From: Synechocystis sp. PCC 6803 substr. PCC-P
GTDB taxonomy: Bacteria; Cyanobacteriota; Cyanobacteriia; Cyanobacteriales; Microcystaceae
DNA: 32,000 nt
Direction of reading: 5' to 3'
NCBI RefSeq assembly: GCF_000284455.1
Contig: NC_017039.1
Span: forward strand, 2,580,001-2,612,000
Every line of letters begins with the position of its first letter. Position 1 is the stretch's first letter. Position numbers and translations under genes: made by a program. The notes below the pieces were generated by a model, which saw nothing but the letters and a program-made list of their open reading frames with translations, was not told the DNA's origin and did not search any database. Positions 1 through 7,677 of the stretch are shown here, one piece after another.

Positions 1-142
1 TGTTAACTGACCAGCGGGGTTGCCCTAGGGCAATTAAAACGGCGCAAATGGTGGTCCAGAGTAAAATTGACGGTACCAGGGCGGCGCAAATGCCAACGCA
101 GTGGCCTCGGGAAAAATCAGCTAACCAGGTAATCAAATTCAT
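1..142 (-). CDS. hypothetical small membrane protein, N-terminal part only (gene runs off the window start)
   Basis: ATG at 142-140 on the minus strand opens a frame that stays open to position 2: MNLITWLADFSRGHCVGICAALVPSILLWTTICAVLIALGQPRWSVN. The sequence is hydrophobic. It is not in the ORF track because it is truncated. No family recognised. Confidence 0.3.
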   Translation of the reverse strand, partial: MNLITWLADFSRGHCVGICAALVPSILLWTTICAVLIALGQPRWSVN

Positions 143-267
143 ACTCTCAAAAAAAAGTTCGGCGGCGATCGCCCATAGGACCGTGCCGCCCATTATATAG
201 CAACAGCCCAAGGAGGGCATGGCAGTGGACTGGGGGCACCCAGAACTGAAAATTTAAAACGTTCACG

Positions 268-696
268 ATGGTTTTTGCTATGGTTGACGAGAAGGGCAAG
301 GAGCAATGGAGTCGCCATTCTTCGCCTCAACTTTCGGCAAATTTTCAACTTTGTTCAATCCCGCAACCTTCCATGGATACAAACGACTGGCTTAAACAAC
401 TCTTGATGATCGGTGTTGGCACCACCACCCTCGTGGCGGAAAAACTCAGCGATGTGAGTGATCAATGGGTGAAGGAAGGCAAAATTAACGCCGACCAGGC
501 CACCGCTTTTGTGGATGATTTGATGAACCAAATCAAAAACGAGCAGGGACAAATTGAAGCAAATCTGGAAAGACAACTGCGCAATATGCTCCAGGATTTG
601 GGCCTACCCCGTCAGTCGGAAATGGACGAGTTGCGGGGACGTATAGATCGCCTAGAACGACAAATCCGTGACCTGGAAAATCAGCGTTGGCGTTAA
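268..696 (+). CDS. phasin-like / PHA-granule-associated protein family member (probably slr0058)
   Basis: The conserved core MIGVGTTTLVAEKLSDVSDQWVKEGKI followed by a coiled-coil tail (ELRGRIDRLERQIRDLE) matches the phasin (PF05597-type) pattern as I remember it. The start is uncertain: ATGs at 268, 280 and 373, and the domain is fully covered from 373. Confidence 0.75.
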   Translation: MVFAMVDEKGKEQWSRHSSPQLSANFQLCSIPQPSMDTNDWLKQLLMIGVGTTTLVAEKLSDVSDQWVKEGKINADQATAFVDDLMNQIKNEQGQIEANLERQLRNMLQDLGLPRQSEMDELRGRIDRLERQIRDLENQRWR

Positions 697-757
697 CCCT
701 GGGTGGGGCCCATTGGCCCTGGTGAACAGTGACAAAACAATTGCACGATAGAGTTTA

Positions 758-830
758 TGGAGAATAGGGAACTCGAATCCCTGACCTCTGCGGTGCGATC
801 GCAGCGCTCTACCAACTGAGCTAATTCCCC
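758..830 (-). tRNA. tRNA-Ala (anticodon CGC), 73 nt, CCA not encoded
   Basis: Reverse complement GGGGAATTAGCTCAGTTGGTAGAGCGCTGCGATCGCACCGCAGAGGTCAGGGATTCGAGTTCCCTATTCTCCA folds as a cloverleaf. It has a 7-bp acceptor stem with the G3:U70 alanine identity pair, GG in the D loop, the TTCGAGT T loop, and anticodon loop ATCGCAC giving CGC. Confidence 0.93.
795..802. repeat. HIP1 palindrome GCGATCGC (one example of about three dozen copies in the window)
   Basis: Exact GCGATCGC. Other copies read by eye include 165-172, 1252-1259, 2656-2663, 2810-2817 and 19564-19571. This copy spans the anticodon stem and anticodon of the tRNA-Ala. Confidence 0.9.
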
Positions 831-856
831 GAACTGACCCTCCATTCTAGCATTCG

Positions 857-1162
857 ATGTTGCTGTTCGTTATCTGTTTTAATTTTGTCCTAGCCCTGGG
901 CAATGTCTTCTTAGCCGTTAGGCTTTACTTTGTCTATCGACAGTTACAGCAACTCACCAAGCGTTTAGACCATTGGGAAAGCTGTTGCCATAACCTGTTT
1001 GCTCCGGCCCCTGCCCTGTTGACCAATTTGGCCCAAAAAAATCGACATTTACGTCAGCAGTACAATCTCTTGCTAAAACGTTGGTCTTTGATCAAAGGGG
1101 TGTTACAAATTTGGCAGTTGGCTAGTCAGGGTCGCTGGTGGGCGAACTTGGTTAATGATTAG
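857..1162 (+). CDS. hypothetical small membrane protein (one N-terminal TM helix plus amphipathic helices)
   Basis: ATG-initiated 101-aa ORF. The N-terminus LLFVICFNFVLALGNVFLAVRLYFVY is hydrophobic. It lies directly upstream of the patatin-like gene on the same strand. No family recognised. Confidence 0.5.
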   Translation: MLLFVICFNFVLALGNVFLAVRLYFVYRQLQQLTKRLDHWESCCHNLFAPAPALLTNLAQKNRHLRQQYNLLLKRWSLIKGVLQIWQLASQGRWWANLVND

Positions 1163-1236
1163 GGAAAAATTAAGTTTTACAAAAATTTCCTGGCACAGTT
1201 GAAGAAACTTTCAGCAAATTAATCGCAGCAAAACCA

Positions 1237-2346
1237 ATGAAACCCAAAGTGGCGATCGCCTGTCAGGGTGGGGGCAGCCAAACTGCTTTCACCGCCGGTG
1301 TAATGAAGGCTCTGTTCGAGAACAAGATGCAAGACCACTTCGACATTGTGAGTTTGAGTGGTACTTCTGGAGGCGCTATTTGTGCCCTACTAATTTGGTA
1401 TGCCCTGAAAAAAGGAGAAAATCCGGTCTGGAAAAGATTGCTTGATTTTTGGCTGGATAACAGTGCCCAAACCTATCAGGAAAGATTTTTTAATGATTTT
1501 GTCATTAGGTCTCTGGAGTTGACCAGCAAAGGCATCGTTCCCCAGTATAGTGTGACTCCCTATTCTCCCCTAGCCCAGACCTGGTTAGCTTCGGCTACCC
1601 AAGGGTTACGGAGTCGCTTTATCAATTTAGAAGAATTGTTACAGGTTCATGTCGATTTTTCAGAGTTAGCAACTTGGGGCAAGCAATTAGAGCCCCCGGT
1701 ACTTTTAATTGGAGCTTGCAATATTCTGACGGGAAAACTAGATAAGTTTAATTCTCGCCAGGAAGCCATAAGAATAGAGCATCTGCTTGCTTCGGCCTGT
1801 GTGCCAAATATTTTTCCCACCGTTGTTATTGAAGAAGAGGGTGAAAAAAAAGCTTACTGGGATGGCTTATTTTCTGATAATCCTCCCATTCGTTCTTTAT
1901 ACAGGCAAGATTTTGTCGGTATTGAGAACATTCCCCAGGAAATTTGGGTAATTAAAATTAATCCGACCCAGACCGATAAAATTCCCACCGATGCCGATGA
2001 CATTGCCGATCGCCGCAATGAGTTGGAAGGGAATGTTTCTTTATTTCAAAGCCTGGATCAAATCGAATTTCTCAATTATTTATTTATAAAAGGAGCTTTT
2101 AAAGAGGAGTTTTTACAGGAAGTTGGCATCAAAGAGCCGTTAAAAATACCTAAGTCTTTTCCTGAAGATCCCGACCAAACTTATCATATACCAGCCATTG
2201 AAATGTCACCGGAATTGGCTAAAAGTTTAAATTATGAAAATAAATTAGATCGTTGCCCAGAAAACATTAATCGGCTGATTGCCGACGGAGAAAAACAGGG
2301 AAAGAAATTTATCCAAACGAGACTCCAACAAATGGGTATTCATTGA
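1237..2346 (+). CDS. patatin-like phospholipase/esterase
   Basis: Oxyanion-hole motif CQGGGSQTAF, nucleophile elbow GTSGG (G-x-S-x-G) and the catalytic-dyad Asp motif WDGLFSDNPP occur in the canonical patatin order. Confidence 0.9.
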   Translation: MKPKVAIACQGGGSQTAFTAGVMKALFENKMQDHFDIVSLSGTSGGAICALLIWYALKKGENPVWKRLLDFWLDNSAQTYQERFFNDFVIRSLELTSKGIVPQYSVTPYSPLAQTWLASATQGLRSRFINLEELLQVHVDFSELATWGKQLEPPVLLIGACNILTGKLDKFNSRQEAIRIEHLLASACVPNIFPTVVIEEEGEKKAYWDGLFSDNPPIRSLYRQDFVGIENIPQEIWVIKINPTQTDKIPTDADDIADRRNELEGNVSLFQSLDQIEFLNYLFIKGAFKEEFLQEVGIKEPLKIPKSFPEDPDQTYHIPAIEMSPELAKSLNYENKLDRCPENINRLIADGEKQGKKFIQTRLQQMGIH

Positions 2347-2619
2347 TTATGAGCAAAAAATATGAGCTTTTATTTTAAGGTCATCAGGGCTAATCATTGT
2401 ATTTCTTATCACTTTAATTCCTGCCCATGTACTCACCCAAACTAGCCCATATCCCCAATCGTTACAATCCTCTAATCAATCTAAATAAACTTTGGTATTA
2501 CTAAGAAATATTCCTTTATTTTCTATCGAAGTTCCCTAAGGATGATATTTATGACTGGATATTAATATTTTTATGATGATAAGTTAAGTCCAAGGCAAAC
2601 TAATTTTTAACCGTTGACA

Positions 2620-3285
2620 ATGCTAAAAAAAATTTTCATTCTCGTCATGCTGTTAGCGATCGCCGGAGCGGGACTGGGTTACTATTTTTGGCGGCGGGCC
2701 ACCCAAATTCCGGCTTGGTTTGAGGCAGAAACATCCACGCCCTCCATTGCTCCCCCAGCCGATTTTCTTCAGGAGAAGATTCGTCAAGAAATTGCCCAAA
2801 AGAATGATGGCGATCGCCAGGAACCAGTGAGGGTTACTTTGACAGAAAAAGAATTAGGGCAGGTCTTGCAAGGGGAAGTGGATCGTCAGTTGAAGATGGA
2901 ATCTATACCCAGACTGCAAACTCAAATTAGGGGGGAAACCTTGGAAGTGGGCACAGTATTGGACCCCCAAATGTTGGACAATGCCCAACTGTCCCCGGGC
3001 CAAAAACGCATTGTTGATCGGGTTTTACCACTGTTACCGAGTCAAAATCAGCCTTTTTATGTTGCCTTAGAAGGTACGCCCCAACTGGCAGCAGGGCAAT
3101 TGATTATGACGGAAAATTCCCGCATTAAAATTGGTGAGTTGAGCTTTCGCATCGGAGATATGGCCCAACGGTTAAATATTCCCCCGGAGAAGTTAAACCA
3201 ATTACTGCAAGTAAATCTAGATGAGTTAAATTTACAGGGCGTACAAGTACAAGATGGCATGATGCAGTTAGAAGTTAATCCTTGA
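2620..3285 (+). CDS. hypothetical membrane-anchored protein
   Basis: The ORF track starts at TTG 2614. ATG at 2620 gives MLKKIFILVMLLAIAGAGLGYYFW (signal anchor) followed by a soluble Q/E/L-rich domain. No family recognised. Confidence 0.6.
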   Translation: MLKKIFILVMLLAIAGAGLGYYFWRRATQIPAWFEAETSTPSIAPPADFLQEKIRQEIAQKNDGDRQEPVRVTLTEKELGQVLQGEVDRQLKMESIPRLQTQIRGETLEVGTVLDPQMLDNAQLSPGQKRIVDRVLPLLPSQNQPFYVALEGTPQLAAGQLIMTENSRIKIGELSFRIGDMAQRLNIPPEKLNQLLQVNLDELNLQGVQVQDGMMQLEVNP

Positions 3286-3315
3286 CCTTAATTCCCCCTA
3301 TTCTTCTCTACGGCA

Positions 3316-4350
3316 CTAGATAAAATCATTGAGCATATCCCGTATGAAACTAGCAATGGGGATAGCCACTAAAATACCTAACAATCCGGCCACCTTGGCA
3401 CCAATCATCAAGGAAAGTAAAATCCAAACGGGGTGCACCCCGGTGACACGACCCAGTAATTTTGGGGCTAGGCCATTTTCCACCACCTGATCCACTACAG
3501 TGGCGATCGCCAAGACTTTAATGCCCAACCAAATGCTCTGAAAACTGGCAATAATACTGATTAAAACAATGCTGGTGCCTCCCCCAAAGGGAAAGAAAGC
3601 CATAAAGCCAACAAACATACCAAATAGTAGGGCCAGGGGCACTTGAAAAATGCTTAGAGAAATGATTAAACTAACCCCTAGCAACGCCGCCACGGTGGCT
3701 TGGCCAATGTAGTAATTCTGAAAACTATGGCGTAATCTTTGTCGTACCTTATGACGCCAATCAATGGGTAACCAACGGAATATGCCATCCCAAAATGTCT
3801 GTCCCCGCAGCAATAAATAGACAGTCATAATAAAGATAAAGCCGGCTTCTACTAAGCTACCTGCAGTCCAAATCAATAAATTTATTAATTGGTTGGTAAT
3901 GGAGCGAATTTGGTTAGGAAACTCATTGGATAATTCCCGGCCCCAAGCACGGAAATTGGTGGGAATTTCCCACTGATTGCTTAAATTATCTAGGCTTTCT
4001 AAGTGGCGATCGCCCAGGGCATTGAGATGGGGCAAAAGTTGTAAAACAGTACGAATTTGATCTACTAATTTGGGAATTACCAACAGACCAATCACCGCCA
4101 AAATAATCGCCGTGGTGAGTAATACCAATGCCACTGCGTAGGGCAACTTTAGACGGGGATAGCGCTGGAGCCAACGCACCGGATAACCGAGAATAAAAGC
4201 GACCAGGTTCGCAATAATAAAAATTCTCAGGGGGGACTGGAAATAATCCAATATCTGCAGTAGTACCCAACCGTTGAGCAGACACAGGGGCAACGTCAGA
4301 CCAATCCACAACCAACGGCGATCGCCAGGGGGCATATTGGGCCAATTCAT
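3316..4350 (-). CDS. AI-2E family transporter (PerM / UPF0118-type permease)
   Basis: Multi-TM protein whose C-terminal region PKLLGRVTGVHPVWILLSLMIGAKVAGLLGILVAIPIASF is typical of AI-2E/PerM permeases. The track start at 4353 is TTG. ATG at 4350 is preferred, with an alternative ATG at 4335. Confidence 0.85.
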   Translation of the reverse strand: MNWPNMPPGDRRWLWIGLTLPLCLLNGWVLLQILDYFQSPLRIFIIANLVAFILGYPVRWLQRYPRLKLPYAVALVLLTTAIILAVIGLLVIPKLVDQIRTVLQLLPHLNALGDRHLESLDNLSNQWEIPTNFRAWGRELSNEFPNQIRSITNQLINLLIWTAGSLVEAGFIFIMTVYLLLRGQTFWDGIFRWLPIDWRHKVRQRLRHSFQNYYIGQATVAALLGVSLIISLSIFQVPLALLFGMFVGFMAFFPFGGGTSIVLISIIASFQSIWLGIKVLAIATVVDQVVENGLAPKLLGRVTGVHPVWILLSLMIGAKVAGLLGILVAIPIASFIRDMLNDFI

Positions 4351-4398
4351 CAAAAAATAAAATAGTTAAACAATCCCAGCGACGGCAATTATCCTGGA

Positions 4399-6477
4399 CT
4401 AATCGATCGCTTCATAGTCACTGTAAACAGTTTCATCAGCGTCAAAGTCAAATTCCTCCCCGTCATCTAGACCGTACACTGGAGCAGTTTCCACATAATC
4501 CATCCCACCGGGATTGACGGTGCCATTGATCATAGTGCCCGGTGTCATGGTGATGCCCGAGGACGCTTGGATAGGATTCAAATTGGTTTCCAGGGATTCA
4601 ATCATTTGACTTGTCCCACTGCTAGTGCCCTGAACAAAATTGGCAAATTCATTACTAGCAGCCCCTTTGCCCTGTTGATAGACTTCCGTACCAATCAGTA
4701 AAATAATTTGCCGGAATTCCTCCACCAAGGTCTGCAATTTCTCCACCGGCGTATTGGGGGTCCGTAAGGCGATCGCCAATTGGTCCTTCTTCTGCTTGCC
4801 AGAAGACTTGAGTTCTTCCCGCACTAGTTCACCGCTTTCCTGGAGTGTAGTCTCGTAGGTGTGGAAAAGGCTATCCGCTTGGTTTTGTAGTTCCATCATC
4901 CGCAGACGCAATTGATCCTGGGCGGCATACTGTTGCGCCTCCTGGCGCATCTTTTCAATTTCTCCGCCGCTCAAGCCACCGGTATGGCTAATCACAATAC
5001 TCTGTTCCTTGCCTGTGCCTTGGTCCTGGGCAGAAACCTTGAGAATACCATTAACATCAATTTCAAAGCTGACCTCAATTTGGGGCATCCCCCGGGGAGC
5101 GGGAGGAATCCCCGCCAGTAAGAACTTACCCAGGCTTTTGTTATCCCTGGCCATGGCCCTTTCCCCCTGGATAACATGGATTTCCACCGATGTTTGTCCG
5201 TCGACCGCTGTGGAAAACACTTCTGAGCGACTAGTGGGAATGGTGGTATTGCGTTCAATGATTTTTGTTGTTACCTCCCCTAGGGTCTCCAAACCCAGGG
5301 ATAAAGGCGTTACATCCAACAGCAACACATCCTCCACCTCGCCACCAATGACCCCAGCTTGAATAGCGGCTCCTAAAGCTACTGCCTCATCTGGGTTAAC
5401 GGAACGCTCTAACTGACTGTCGGGAAAAAATTCTTGAATAACCCGTTGAATGGCCGGAATACGGGTAGAGCCTCCCACCAGAATAACTCGGTGGACATCA
5501 CTGGCCCTGATCTCACCATCGTCCAATGCCTGGGTGAGGGGAACCCTAGTATCTTCTAGTAATTGCTTAGTTAACTCCTCAAACTGGCTCCGGGCAAGTT
5601 CCATTTCCAAGTGTTTGGGTCCCGACTCATCTGCGGTGATAAAAGGCAAGTTAATGGTCGTATTCAGCATGCTGGAGAGTTCGATTTTGGCCTTCTCCGC
5701 CGCCTCCCGTAGTCGTTGAATCGCCATTTTATCGGTGCTTAAGTCAATATTTTCCTTTTGCTTAAAGGATTCTGCCATCCACTGGACAACGCAATTATCA
5801 AAATCATCCCCCCCCAGATGGTTATTACCAGAGGTGGATAGCACTTCAAATACTCCGTTACCAAGCTGTAGCAGGGAAACATCAAATGTGCCCCCCCCCA
5901 AGTCAAACACCAAAATTAACTCTTCCGTTTCCTGTTTATCTAGCCCATAGGCCAAAGCCGCCGCCGTTGGCTCATTGATAATCCGCAATACTTCCAAACC
6001 GGCGATCGTCCCTGCATCCTTCGTCGCTTGGCGCTGGGCATCGGTGAAATAGGCCGGCACGGTAATCACTGCCTGGGTAACCGGCTCCCCCAAAAAAGCC
6101 TCAGAGTCCGCCTTCAGTTTTTGCAAAATCATGGCGGAAATTTCTTGGGGAGTATAGGATTGTCCGCGAATAGACACACTGACGGTATCGTCCCGCCCCT
6201 TAACGCAGTTATAGGGCACCCGGGAACGTTCCTCCACCGTGTCATCCCAGCGTCGCCCAATAAAGCGTTTGATGCTGTACACCGTATTTTCCGCATTGGT
6301 CACCGATTGACGCTTGGCCAATTGCCCCACTAACCGCTGGGAACCTTTGGTGAAACCCACAATGCTGGGGGTGGTACGGCCTCCCTCCGTGTTGGTAATC
6401 ACAATAGGTTTGCCCCCCTCCAACACAGAAGCACAACTGTTGGTGGTTCCCAAATCAATGCCAATGACTTTGCCCAT
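4399..6477 (-). CDS. dnaK: Hsp70 chaperone DnaK (DnaK1-type paralog with long C-terminal extension)
   Basis: [19 protein letters not shown] and the full Hsp70 ATPase and substrate-binding architecture are present. At 692 aa it is longer than a typical DnaK and ends in an acidic tail. Confidence 0.98.
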   Translation of the reverse strand: MGKVIGIDLGTTNSCASVLEGGKPIVITNTEGGRTTPSIVGFTKGSQRLVGQLAKRQSVTNAENTVYSIKRFIGRRWDDTVEERSRVPYNCVKGRDDTVSVSIRGQSYTPQEISAMILQKLKADSEAFLGEPVTQAVITVPAYFTDAQRQATKDAGTIAGLEVLRIINEPTAAALAYGLDKQETEELILVFDLGGGTFDVSLLQLGNGVFEVLSTSGNNHLGGDDFDNCVVQWMAESFKQKENIDLSTDKMAIQRLREAAEKAKIELSSMLNTTINLPFITADESGPKHLEMELARSQFEELTKQLLEDTRVPLTQALDDGEIRASDVHRVILVGGSTRIPAIQRVIQEFFPDSQLERSVNPDEAVALGAAIQAGVIGGEVEDVLLLDVTPLSLGLETLGEVTTKIIERNTTIPTSRSEVFSTAVDGQTSVEIHVIQGERAMARDNKSLGKFLLAGIPPAPRGMPQIEVSFEIDVNGILKVSAQDQGTGKEQSIVISHTGGLSGGEIEKMRQEAQQYAAQDQLRLRMMELQNQADSLFHTYETTLQESGELVREELKSSGKQKKDQLAIALRTPNTPVEKLQTLVEEFRQIILLIGTEVYQQGKGAASNEFANFVQGTSSGTSQMIESLETNLNPIQASSGITMTPGTMINGTVNPGGMDYVETAPVYGLDDGEEFDFDADETVYSDYEAID

Positions 6478-6676
6478 AACTGCTGACCCCGAAAAACAAT
6501 TGGTGACTTCTAGGTATTTTCTAGGAAAATTTAAGTCTTTTGATGCAAATTTAGACCATTAAGCCCCACTTGGCCATCCTTAGAGCCCATTTTATATTCC
6601 CATTCCTTTTTTCCCATTCTTCGACCCTGGAGTGATCGGAGTTTTTGCAAGACTGAAAACGCCGAAAATAGAACGA

Positions 6677-6694
6677 GGGACAGTGGAATGTCCC
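6677..6694 (-). terminator. candidate hairpin downstream of grpE (possible terminator or attenuator before dnaK)
   Basis: On the plus strand GGGACA-GTGGAA-TGTCCC forms a 6-bp stem. On the minus strand it is followed by TCGTTCTATTTTCGGCGTTTTC (interrupted T runs). It starts 17 nt after the grpE stop. Confidence 0.3.
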
Positions 6695-6710
6695 CCAAAA
6701 TGACTGAGTA

Positions 6711-7460
6711 CTAGGGGTTAGCTCCCGCCTCTCCATTCACCACTTCAGCTCCTTCTTCCGGAGCCACCGCCACCTTGACCATGGAATGACGCAGCACAAT
6801 GTCATCTAAAAGATAACCCCGCACCAACTCCTCAATCACCGTATCCTCGGGATATTCAGCGGTGGGTTCCCGGAGCATCGCCTCATGGTATTTAGGATCA
6901 AAAGGTTTTCCCTCAGGGCGCATGGGAGCTACCCCCAAACCTTTAAGGCTGTCCACCAGGTTTTTGTACACCCCCTGATAACTTTTGTGGATCTGATTTT
7001 CCCCGTCGGAGTTGGGCTTGATCTGGGTGCGGGCCCGCTCAAAATTGTCCACCACCGGCAAAAGTTCTGTTATGGTCCTTCCTTTGATGAGTTTTGCTTG
7101 CTCCTCTTTCTCCCGCTGGGTGCGCTTGCGAAAATTATCAAATTCAGCTGCCAGGGCCACGTAACGCTTTTTGATGGAGTCTAGTTGCTCCGACTGTTCA
7201 GCCAATTCCTGGCGATGGCTGGCCAGGTCTTTTTGCAGAATGGCAATTATCTCTTCACTGCTTTTTTCTTGTTCCAGCGGCCCCCCTTCCGTTTCTGTGG
7301 CAGCGCCAATCCTCGGATCTTCCGACTGTTCCCCGGACGGCTCTCCTAAAACAGCATCAGTGGGCTGGGGACTTTCCTCCGGAGTTACGGCAGGAACATC
7401 ACTGGCCTCTGGGGAGACAGGATTGGTTTGATTTTCGAGGGAAACTTGATCTTCGTTCAT
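6711..7460 (-). CDS. grpE: nucleotide exchange factor GrpE
   Basis: The C-terminal half ([10 protein letters not shown]...VVDNFERA...[16 protein letters not shown]) is canonical GrpE. The N-terminus is acidic and disordered. It lies upstream of dnaK on the same strand. Confidence 0.95.
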
Positions 7461-7677
7461 CTTTATAAGGTGAAACCTAGTTGTACACTTTATCTAAGCG
7501 TAACCCGACCTGAAAAAAACTCCGAATCCGATCGGGAGTTATGACGATGTTATTTCAATTCAGGTAAGTTAGTGCGGCCAGTTAACTAGACCGGAGGATT
7601 ATCATTGTGAATAATCACCGATGGTCACCATTGGCTAGGGAATAGTTTACATCATACGAATCTGGGTAGGTCTTGCT

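Noticed and set aside
3986-4345. A 119-aa minus-strand ORF nested in the first AI-2E permease gene.
   Set aside because: It is on the same strand but out of frame with a clear multi-TM permease. Its translation is Pro/Arg/Ser-rich with no hydrophobic or catalytic pattern.
4912-6562. A series of 60-120-aa ORFs on both strands inside dnaK (for example 5009-5362 +, 6028-6333 +, 4992-5258 -).
   Set aside because: All lie wholly within the unambiguous Hsp70 reading frame. Their translations are Pro/Ser/Arg-rich with no motifs. They are typical shadow ORFs of a GC-balanced gene.
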